A stretch of 61,725 nt of DNA, filler included, from Hausera hauseri (lineage: Eukaryota): assembly GCA_046269625.1 (NCBI GenBank). It is 9 parts of 9 records of this genome, joined end to end, with 100 filler letters (N's around TTAATTAATTAA, not from the genome) between each part and the next. Parts side by side here need not be neighbours in the genome. Positions count along the whole stretch, not along the records: positions 50,290 to 57,508 come from JBJURY010030226.1; positions 57,609 to 61,725 come from JBJURY010750764.1; 7 more parts are not named here. The stretch is one strand, 5' to 3'. Made by a program: the position numbers and the translations under genes. The first letter of the stretch is position 1. Each line of letters starts with the position of its first letter. The notes under the pieces are model-generated. The model did not search any database. It was not told where the DNA came from and worked only from the letters and a program-made list of their open reading frames with translations. This document shows, piece after piece, positions 51,421 to 61,725 of the stretch.

Positions 51421-51641
51421 AGCAGTTTCTAAAAACTTATCCTCATTTAAAAAAAACAGCAGTCTCACTGGAATGGCTGCCCCAAAATATCCCAAACTGT
51501 TATTTGAGACAAAACACACAAACTGCCCAGCCTATCTGGATCATACCAAGAACAAGGATCCAGGAAATCCTGGAAACAACCCACGCTCAGTTTGTCATGT
51601 TAATTGTTCTAATCAGTAAGGAGCACGCACACATACACACA

Positions 51642-51752
51642 TCAGTCTTCTCCATCTTCAACTGCATTATCTGCAGTTTCTGCAATAGCTTTGCCTGCTT
51701 TCTTTTTCTTCTTCTTGGCTGTCTTCTTGGATATGGAAGTGCTAAGCAGATT
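51642..51752 (-). CDS. PA2G4: Last coding exon of proliferation-associated 2G4 / EBP1
   Basis: After the acceptor TTCCATAG the exon reads NLLSTSISKKTAKKKKKKAGKAIAETADNAVEDGED*, resembling the PA2G4 C-terminus [25 protein letters not shown]. Confidence 0.7.
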   Translation of the reverse strand, partial: NLLSTSISKKTAKKKKKKAGKAIAETADNAVEDGED

Positions 51753-52104
51753 CTATGGAAAAATGAATAGTTTGATGAATAAAGCCAATAAAACAGTGAT
51801 AACGTTATACTTAATCGGCAGTGTATAAGAATCATTGTTAATGAACGATTTTTTAATCATCTGACTGATGCAGCCCCTTTTCAAAATGACAAGAAATCAT
51901 TTTATATTAACAAGAAATATTAATTTCAAGTTCTGTGTTGAAATTTTGAGATTTTTTTTACTAATTCATGTATAAAAGGCACGACTTAAGTGCTGATGCT
52001 GGGCAGCCATTTTGGATTTCTGTGTCTGACAGCTATCACACACAGGTTGAGAAAATGTCATCTAAAAGCGATAACAGTGAATAAAAAGACATTATATTTA
52101 ACAT

Positions 52105-52320
52105 ATCAGAAGAATGTTAAAAATCCCTTGGACAGCAAAGAGAACAAATGAAGATGTTTTACAAGCAGCAGATGCAGAAAGAACACTTATTAGTAAGATC
52201 AGAAAGAGACAAGCATCCATGATTGGCTATATTTTAAGAAGAGAAGGTTTGGAGAACTTGGTCACCACAGGCAAAATATCAGGAAGTAGAAGCTGTGGTT
52301 AGCAAAGAACGAAGTGTCTG
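52105..52320 (+). mobile_element. RTE-clade LINE 3' fragment
   Basis: RMLKIPWTAKRTNEDVL...GYILRREGLENLVTTGKISGSR. Confidence 0.75.
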
Positions 52321-53289
52321 GAGTATCTATTACTGTAAGAGCCATTTTACTTGCACATCAGCGGAAATAAGCAGTTTCTGGATACCGGTAACTATGTTTG
52401 ACTTTGTTTGCCGTCCTCCAACATCACCTAACATTACACATGTTACTGTCAGTCCTTCAATGCCGAAATACCGACATTAAACATCAGATCAGTTAACTCA
52501 TTGCTAGTTTTTTTTTAGCATTACTGAATCTGAGAAATCCTTCACGAGGAAAGAATAAGCAGTTCACCAGCAACAACATCCCGAATACAACGGAATAATT
52601 GTCGCTGTTTCTGACGCCTAGCCTCATCTGCCACAACAGTAAATAATGCAACATTTTTAACCTCATGAACAAGTTCTCTTTTTCAAAAACTGTAGCCGTT
52701 ACTGATGTCATTTAGTCTAGTTTGTACAGCCAGGAGGTAGCTCCGACTCAATGCTGCCCTAAGGGTTGTGGGTCATATAGAACAGGTTAATGCTAGGCTG
52801 GTGGTTTCTCGAGTTCTTTTCGATGTTTTGACAGTAATCGTTTTTATGGTGCTGTGTTACTAACCCTGCGATCAACCCCAAACCTGGAGAGCCAGTTAAG
52901 GTTTTACCTTAGCCTGGCCCATGCTCTCTGACCTAAACGTCCTAGATGAACCTTCTGGTAGCAAACTTCTGGCTTTCGGGGATCATTGAGACATGCAATC
53001 CTCCCCACCACACCAAGATATTCATGAAGTGCCAGCGTCATAATTTGTGAATGAATCAATTAATTTGCTTAACCTGCATTTGTTGTTGATTTTAGACAAC
53101 TCTAAGTGTTGGGACAGGTACGCAACTTTAGTGGTTACCTGGACGTTAGTAACCCTCTGGTTGCAATCCCTATAAATTACTGACAATTAAACCTACCCTT
53201 TACGTATCACTGGTATTAAAAAAACAATTCTATTCCCCCCTCCCTCCAAGTGATTGTTTCCTGGCTAGGTATGTAAGAATACGAAACTC

Positions 53290-53850
53290 TCGATCCCTGT
53301 GGTGATCTATGGTAGGGAATTATGGAATATTACACAAGCAGTGAAGAAAAAGACAGGCTCATTCGAAACAAAATGCCACATAAATATCCTATTATCATGG
53401 ACCAAAAAGAGGGGAAAAAAAATACAAAGATATACTCCAAGAACTGAACACCACGAACAATTGGTTCATCAACAGTATCTTGTCTCGATAACTGAAATAT
53501 TCTGGTCACGTTCTTGTTCGATCACCACATCACCGAGCGTCAGGTCTTCTGGATGTGACTGAGAAGGGCTGTTGAATACCGACGAGGGTAGCTGAGCTTT
53601 CCTGCTGTCCCAGTCGTGTCTAGGGGGTTTACCTCCGTCCCCTTTTGGCCATGTTAAAATAGATTAAACTTGCATGATAGCCTGCAAAGAACATAATGGA
53701 AGGAACTGTTCATGGCACAAGGGACGACCAAGACGATGCTGGACACCATACACCAAGGAGACTGAATATGAACTTGAGAGAGGCAGATGAGCTGACTAGA
53801 GATAGAGAATCCTTCAGACGGGCTGTGATTGAGAACGGCCTTTCCAAAAG
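53290..53850 (+). mobile_element. RTE-clade LINE 3' fragments
   Basis: YGRELWNIT...SFETKC..ILLSW; NIMEGTVHG; LTRDRESFRR. Confidence 0.55.
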
Positions 53851-54569
53851 GACGATTCCCACCGGTACCGTACTCTCAAAGTACCGTACAGTGAAATTAT
53901 ACGGGAACTTGGAATCGGTATTAGTGATAAAAGCTATGGGAGTTATGCTTTTAGGGAAGGGGGAAATAGGTTCTCATGACCTCCTTTGTCTAAAGGAGTT
54001 AAAAAAATCATTAATGGAATGGAAGCCTAACAACAACAGCTAAATAAAATATGGCTGAAGGAGAGTTTCAAAATGATCTTAATAAATACTAATGAGGCAT
54101 GATGAGACAAAGAATTCTAACACCAATTACCGGTATCGTAAGGGTCTGGAGAACCTCACCAGCATACATAAGATGCAAGACAAAGATTACGAAACGTACC
54201 AAACAGGGCGACCAATTTAAAAGACTACACAACAAGCTAATGTACAACCGTATAATTGGACAGGACAAACTAAAACATACAAACTTGACACAAAGAGCCA
54301 AGTATGGTAACTAACAAAGCTTGACGAAACACTCAGAATCACAAAACATACTTCACTGCCACTTTTCAATACACTCTCACCCTGGAAAAAAAGGTAAAAT
54401 GCCTGACATAAATGACCTCTCAGGACTACAAGCCAAAGAAAGTCTGAGGAAGGAAAAAATCAATACCGTGTCAAATGACAACCTAAAAGTGAGGCACCCA
54501 ATGAGGAAATGGACGAATGTAATCGCTCATGGATTTGCTACAATGTTGTTAAGAATGGAGGTGGAGTGA

Positions 54570-55436
54570 TCTCACACTGTTAAAATGGGAATTGTATTTA
54601 TTTCAAAAGCCACTGAACAAAACAAACTAGGAATACAGTGGACTCTCAGGACACAGCTTTAAGATGTGAACTTTACAGATGACTCGGCACTACTGTCTCA
54701 TACTCACCAACAGATGCAGGAAAAAACATGGAATAGCAAACATATCTCAAATTGGTCTAAACGTACACAAAGAAAAGACTAAAGTTCTCAAAATAAACAC
54801 AGCTACAAATATCCCAATAACACTGGGATGCAGAATATTGGAAGATGTAGAATCATTTACATATCTGGGCAGCATAATTGACAGCCATGGGGGCACAGAC
54901 GACAATGTAAAATCAAGAATGGGAAAATCCAGACAGGTATTTGCATTATTGAAGAACATAAAGAAATCCAAACAATTAACAGTTGAAACTAAAATATGTA
55001 TATTCAACAGCAATATGAAAACAGTCCTGCTGTATGGAGCAGAAACGTGGAAAATGACACGAAGATCTCAAAGAACCTGCAGACCTTCATAAACACCCGT
55101 TTAAAAACATTTACTGGCCTGACACTATCAACAATCCCAACCTCTGGCGAAAAACAAACCAACACCCAGTTGACGGAGATACTGCAAGAAGAGATGGGAG
55201 ATGGATAGGACATAAACTGAGGAAACCCCCTACAAATTGTACTAGACAGGCACTAACCTGGAATCCCCAGGGAAGCAGAAATGTGGGAAGACCACAAAAT
55301 GCCTGGCGCAGAAACTTAGCATATAAAAAAAAGTTTGGCTACACCTGGAACCAGATAGAAAGAAAGGCCCAGAGCAGAAAAGGCTGGAGAGCTATTGTAG
55401 ACGACCTATGCTCCACAAAGGCATCGCAGGGATAAA
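54570..55436 (+). mobile_element. RTE-clade LINE, RT C-terminal half (decayed)
   Basis: GIQWTL...FTDDSALLSH; EDVESFTYLGSII..HGGTDDNVKSRMGK; FNSNMKTVLLYGAETW; WIGHKLRK; ALTWNPQG. Confidence 0.85.
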
Positions 55437-57099
55437 ACATTTCAAAAGCAATAAACGAATATTTCCTTGAGCAGAGGCACTATAATCAGATGTTAAACAT
55501 AGTATCATAATACAGAGAAAATAAGAGTCACATGCAGACTTTCATACAGACTCGCCATCAGTAATGCATGCCTCATGGACACTTAAAAAGATAGTGCATT
55601 TGCTGTCGGCAAGTCCAGGATACAATCCGAGCTGTGGTTGGAATCTTACGACTAAAACGGCCTCAAAAAATGGATACCAGAAAAAGTCTCAGTGAAAGTA
55701 AAGACGGCCTGGCATTATATTGACCACACACTCAATTACGTGTCACTGGTGAATGAAAAATGTGGACACTAGCTTCAGGTTCCCCTGTACATCTTTAAAG
55801 CGTGAACGGCCTCCGCCATTATGGACACTTCGAACAAAGGCAGAAACAACTAACTGAAGCGTTGCTATAGATCAGCAGAGTTCAATAAAATATTCATTCG
55901 TGAAGAGGCTGCGAGATTAGAGAAAGGAGGGAATATGCAACAATCATGTAACAGCACTACTTATGCAGCTCACACTAAGGCAGACATGATAATTAATGGC
56001 TGAACAGCATCTCTTAAAAAGGTGGCAGGTCAGATAAGAATGTGAATTTAGCTGTGTGAACAAAGAAACCTGGTGAGGTTAAGTTTTGCTTTATGACAAA
56101 ATATCATGATCAAGCTCTTTGTCAGGTCTGGAATATAAACACTGAACACAGTTACTATGAATACTGTATAACTTTGCAAAACGAATATAGAAATATAATA
56201 GCAAAGAATGAAAAACAGTCACAAACAAGGATTTACAAATGCATGTTTATTTCAAACATTTATTTTAAAGCATAAAAATCCAGTTAACTCCAAACAAATC
56301 AGTACAGCTACCCTTGTACATGTTGTGTATCACTGGCAAACAGATAAAACCAAACAATTCCATAAGTGTGTATTTGATGAATAAGAATGGTACATCTTTG
56401 ACACCGACAATCTTCACCAGATACATTTAACGAAACCCTTATTCAGTGTGTGTAAACCCTAAGTTCAATTACAAATCACTATTAATTCCTCTGAACAGGA
56501 CATAACAGACTCTGCAGCCACATGTACACAAAGATAGACATGATATTACATCCATGCAACTGAACGAGTGCAGCAGACTTTGCAAGTTCTTTGCTATGGC
56601 ATCAGCTGCCCAGAGCACATAGCTCGCAGCTACAGGGAGGTCTACCACCACCGCCATCAATGACAAAAACTGTTACCAGAGACAGAAATAGAGGGGTTTG
56701 AGGAATCCTAATTTTAGAATTTATAGTGTAGAAGAATAGTCGTAAGAGTTTTATTAAAATCCATTGTAGAAGAATCGATGTAAGAGGTTTATAAACTTAT
56801 TCAACAGTGCAGTATAAAATATTATGTACCTACGCATAGAGGAGACTTCCATGCTGATCGAAATGCTGTTGGATTTTCCCAGGCAATATTATAGATTGAA
56901 ATGAATGACAGAATAAATGAAACCGTTATTTAACCAGGGTTGAGAAAGAGGCAGTTTTGCCTTTTCACATTTCTGTCAAAATGAGTTTGATAAAAACAAA
57001 AAAGGAGTTATAGAGTATTACCAGTGGACAATGAACGGACACTACGTTACGACCGCAAGGTCTTCATCAGGTAGAAAAACATTTAGGACGCGACGAATA

Positions 57100-57370
57100 T
57101 TTTACACTTCTGCCCTGAAGGTAGATCTAGGCTAGAATTTATCCCGGACAGCGGCCGCTAGACCTACTCTTTTTCGATTTCCAACTGCCAAGGGATTTTT
57201 AACGTGCACGGCATTGTACACGGGCGTTTGATCTCATTACACAGAGATCAGGGGAATTTATTACTAGAAGATCCAGGAGAAAAAAACCCAAGTTCTTCCT
57301 CCGGGATTTGAACCCCATACCTCCAGCACTCGAGGCAAACGTCCTACCTCGAAAAGCCATCATTGGTGGT
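57100..57370 (-). mobile_element. tRNA-derived SINE, Deu/Nin-domain-like
   Basis: Pol III B-box GGTTCAAATCC on the minus strand (~57305-57315), followed by CACGTTAAAAATCCC..AAAAAGAGTAGG. Confidence 0.6.
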
Positions 57371-59690
57371 TTGCATGTAATATTATACTTCAGCTTTTGT
57401 CAGTCTTCTCTCCAAGCGGTGTTTGGACATGAGACTGTAATTTAATATATCAGAAAGAGCAAATAGACCATAATGATGTTTAACAGAAATGAAACAAATA
57501 GACCTGGANNNNNNNNNNNNNNNNNNNNNNNNNNNNNNNNNNNNNNNNNNNNTTAATTAATTAANNNNNNNNNNNNNNNNNNNNNNNNNNNNNNNNNNNN
57601 NNNNNNNNAATTCATAATATTAAATGGGTTCTATCCTGAATTCCTGGGTGTTATCACTATTACTTTCTAAAATTACCGAATTCCGTATTCAATAGATTTG
57701 AGGTATACAGATGTTTTGGGGTCTTTTCATTAAATATTTTTCCTCACTCAGGGCACCAGTTTATATGTTGTGGTCTCGCATAGTAGGTTGACGGCCCCTA
57801 GTATGACTGACGGCCCAAACCAATATGTACCAACAACATACTAAAATTCTTATGTGGGGCGACCCCGGAGTAATAGTTGTCATCTAAATCTGAAAAGTCG
57901 TGAAGTCAGTGGCGGTATAGGGACTGAAGTAGCCTGCCCCTGCTTACAATTCTCAAGGATGGGATAAAGTTGTAATTCGGTTCTCGTATGATTAGCAGAA
58001 TTTCTCCATTATCAATAGAAATTTTTGGGATATATAAGTGGACATTCACCAGCTTCATATTTATATGAATGGTTTTCACGGTTTGGCTGATTAGTTGTTC
58101 TGCTAACGCACTCTATGGCANNNNNNNNNNACATTCACACTTCATATTCATATAAATGGTATTCATGGTTCAGTGGATTGGTCGTTCTATTAACACACTG
58201 GCGATTTTCGGCAATTTCCCAACATCTAATTGTGTATCGCTGTGACCATATGGATTAGGAAATGAACTCGGTGGCTTCTAAGTGAAGTTTCCTCTTTCCT
58301 ACTAGAAGTCGGACATTTCTCGTTCATCCGTCTCATCACTTTATGGTTTCGTTTAGATATCCATTACCACTAAAATAATAACAGACTATCTGCTAGTTCG
58401 ATCCTTCTTTGACTGATTACATACCCGCTGCAATAATTAGTTACTATAACGAAATGTGCTGTGTGGTTTATCTCTGTACTAAAAAGTGAGAGGGCATGCC
58501 CAATCCGACGAAGTATGATGAATCAGCCGTCCATCACACTTCACTAAAATTAATATAGGTAAATACATTTATTAATCAAATCACTACAATAGTCAGCGGC
58601 TAATAGCAAACATTAATCATGAAAATCAATGTATCTTTTCAGAGATTGCTAGCAGTATAATTCAATTTATTATTCAACAGCTTAATAGACTTACTAAATG
58701 TTTCTTCTTTCTGTTGCTCTAATTGATCAGTATTTCGTTTGGCCATTCGTTAACAGAATAATTTTAAAATTTGAGTATTTGAATCTATCGATGTAATGAC
58801 GGTAAACAATTAAGATAATTTTCCAAGTCCTTATCCACAGTTCGGACTATTCTTTCAGTAACTTGATAGGATTGTACAATTAGTTAATCTAGTTGTAAAA
58901 TAGCAATAATCGTTCGTCTATGACAAAATCCACCTACTTATAGACGAATACGGTTTTACGTTCCTATAATTTCTTGTAAATTTCTTATAAAATTTTTACC
59001 TGTTTCGTGGTACTGTAAGAGTGGTTTTTATACCATTCTATTGTTTATTTTAGAAATTGAATTGTTTATTTTGGAAATTTGATTACCGTTTGGGAGGTTC
59101 GAATTTTGATTATTGTTTATTTTCTAAATCGACTTCACTGGTTTGGACAAGTGTCTATTGTGGGATTCATTTATGGTAATTAAAATTTTTAATTTGGTCT
59201 GATAATTCTGACAGTTTAGATAAATAATATGTTCATTATAACTCCGGTCTCTGTATAGAGAGATTTGATTAATGCAGAATAATTCTGGCAGCTTAAGTAA
59301 ACATTGTGTCAGAATAATTGATGGTTACCATGCTCGGGCTTCCATAGAAGATTTAAAATAACACCCTCTGGTGCCGTGGTTGCGGCCGTAGCTTGTGTGC
59401 TATCAACACCCATTGATTATCAGATCAATTAGAAACAGATCGAATACTCATTTTGCTTCTCTACCTGACATGCGTCGATTTCAATAAGATACCAGTTCTC
59501 TACCTAACTTTCTCGTCCACATCAGTCCCAAAGTCAATCAAATTCTCAGTGCCAAATATGCACCGAAATCCTCAATGCCATATATTACCTAAAATCCAGA
59601 AATTGGTATCAGAAGTGGGATGGCAAGTCAAAGTTAAGTTCTACTGGAAAACTTCATTCAGAACTGCTTTCAAAATACAGAAATGTTGAA

Positions 59691-60796
59691 ATGCAAAATG
59701 GAGATTTATTAAATCAGATTCAATCCATTCAAAATGATTTCGATCGTCAGAAGAAAAACGATGACTCAAAGTTGTCAGAGTTGGAAACTGAATTTAAGAG
59801 CACGATTACATCATTTTGCAACCCGATTATATCATCAGATTTGGTGCAATTACTATGCAATCACTATGCAGAAGCTATTACCGAAATTATGTGATTAAAG
59901 GAACTAAAAGTGATGAAACCTTCTCCAGAAAAACACCTCAGAATGTATGAGAACATATACAATTCAAGTTACAAATTGGAGGCTTCTTTAATACAAGGAA
60001 AAATATTGAACAATGACAGTGGTAACTTTCATGACAAAATAAGTGATTCCATTAGTTGTATGTATAGCGATTCTTTGTCAATGCTGGAAATTGTACAGAA
60101 AGCAGAAAAATCCGATACGATTACTGCACAGCTTCTGGACAATTGAAAGAAAATAAATAGTTTATCCTACGAAATTAAACTCAATAACATAAATCTGGGG
60201 GAAATCAGACAAATGACGATATTTTTGACGAAGGGTTGCGTAATACTCGAAATGCTATTGATTTGGCAGCCGAGCGGTTCAAAATGATTCTTGATGAAAA
60301 TAGATCAAAGTTTTCCGGAATTCAATCGGAAGTCAATGAGAAAATACTCGACTCTTGCGGCGAACTCAGGTATGCGATAAAAATATTAATTGACCGTTTG
60401 AAAAAGATGCAGTCAGGGATTGTTTCAGCTGGTAGGGGCACAGGATCAATAAAGGATTTTTATAAAAAGCATCATAAATGGACAGAACGCCTTATTTCAG
60501 CTGCTAAATCTGTAGGAGTTGTTGCAATGTCATTATGTGAAGCTGCTGATAATATCTGGTAACTAAAGGACGGAAAATTCGAGGAATTGATAATATGTTC
60601 ACGAGAGATAACAGCTAGTACAACTCAGTTTGTTGTTTCTAGTAGTGTCGAAGTTGATCCGAATTCGGAGAATATGAAAAATCTTTATCAAGCCAGTAAA
60701 GAAGTTTCAAATGCAACCGGAAAGGTTATTGAAAGCCTTAGGTCATCTAATTTTGATTTACAGATGCCACAAGAAAATATAAGTTTAAATTATTAG
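59691..60796 (+). pseudogene. HIP1: HIP1/HIP1R (Sla2) C-terminal I/LWEQ (THATCH) region, intronless with stops/frameshifts
   Basis: EVNEKILDSC...IVSAGRGTGSIKDFYKKHHKWTERLISAAKSVG...GKFEELIICSREITASTTQFV...LYQASKEVSNATGKV. Confidence 0.85.
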
Positions 60797-60867
60797 AAAA
60801 TTTTGTTGTAATTTCATTTGACACTAATCTGAAGTCTTTTCCTGAAAATGTTAACTGTTTCTTTCAG

Positions 60868-60999
60868 ACCACACCAATTGGTCCAGCACCAGCCATGACT
60901 TGGGGTATGTTCCTTCTTGGCTGGTTGGATTTAGGAAATGAAACCAAAGCAGCAGAGCTCTTCATAAGATCTATACTGAATGTACAACAGCCATTCAAT
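60868..60999 (+). CDS. PGGHG: Exon of protein-glucosylgalactosylhydroxylysine glucosidase (GH65, ATHL1)
   Basis: Clean 132-nt exon (TTTCAG|...|GTAAGT) encoding GPAPAMTWGMFLLGWLDLG...AAELFIRSILNVQQPFN, cf. GPAMTWSMFAVGW..L.....A..LL.RSFAN..EPF. Confidence 0.8.
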
Positions 61000-61725
61000 G
61001 TAAGTTATATCTGTTAGTGATGGTGTTGTGATGGTGGTAGTAGTAGTTGTAGTAATAGTAAGTAATATAGTTTATACTTAAGTGTCACAAAATAGTGTGT
61101 AAATTGCTGCTGCAGTCTGTTAAACAAAAATCACCATTTAAAGGAAATTTGAAATTTTCCAAACCAAATGCCTGTAATTAATTATGGATGTATTCTGGCA
61201 AAAGGTGATCTCAAGTAACAAACTTAGAAAAAAAAAGCAGGAGTGACCACCATCTCAGAGATCATTAGGGGAATGGAAATGGCTGGGCCTTGTCTTAATG
61301 TCAGCAGGTGCACCAACTAGGACTGTTCTCCAATGGACACCCCAATGAAAGTGGAAACCCTGCAAGACCCATGGAGGCATGCGAAGGACAATGAAAATTG
61401 ATGTGGGAAACTGAGATTAGACATTTTAAATGACTCAGAAATGGTGAAAGTGAGATGGAAGTGGTAGAATATTAATATTGCCTGAAGTACCAGGTGGTAC
61501 TGAGGACTGGGTGAGTGATATGAAGACAGTTAATAAACAGTATCACCATCCTCATGAAAACCACCAAAAGTCACTGCCCATTTAAATCAAATTTCTGTTT
61601 TTTTTTAGTCTATTGCCATTGAGATTCTCTTAATACTTCTATAATATTTTGCTTGTTGCTGAAAGAAGTGTCACCCCTATTTATTTGTTTAGTTGTTGCA
61701 GTACAGAGGCCTTCTTTCTTTCATT

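Noticed and set aside
57290-57370. tRNA gene
   Set aside because: A B-box is present but there is no convincing cloverleaf, and the sequence continues into a SINE body.
57609-59450. Possible further decayed retroelement on the minus strand
   Set aside because: Strand bias is suggestive, but I could not read a convincing motif.

Overview
This is not one locus. It is nine unrelated 5-9 kb eukaryotic (invertebrate-type) contigs joined by artificial 100-nt spacers (N44-TTAATTAATTAA-N44), so nothing can be inferred across a spacer. Host-type content includes a giant Ser/Thr-rich mucin-like exon, a neuropeptide precursor with 28 non-amidated -FY peptides, single exons of PA2G4 and PGGHG, Deu/Nin-type SINEs and RTE/I-group LINE remnants. 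Compact, AT-rich, divergent genes (DOCK, exportin-4, MTR4, HemK, HIP1) with no introns or 37-45 nt introns may come from a second, compact-genome organism. Two systems stand out. (1) Two diverged copies of a Ty3/Gypsy-type retroelement carry a chuvirus-like class III glycoprotein UPSTREAM of protease-RT. One copy continues into a co-oriented cassette of virus-like accessory genes: an FN3-TM protein, an apparently catalytically dead REX4/ISG20-type exonuclease and a C3HC4 RING protein. (2) A ~2.9 kb ambisense CRESS-DNA-virus-like unit has an HUH/SF3 Rep with tiny spliceosomal introns, a perfect 20-bp stem-loop with a TAGTATTAG nonanucleotide variant, two orphan ORFs and no recognisable capsid. 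Decayed Tc1 and hAT transposases are also present. All family calls come from motif recognition by eye; no searches were run.
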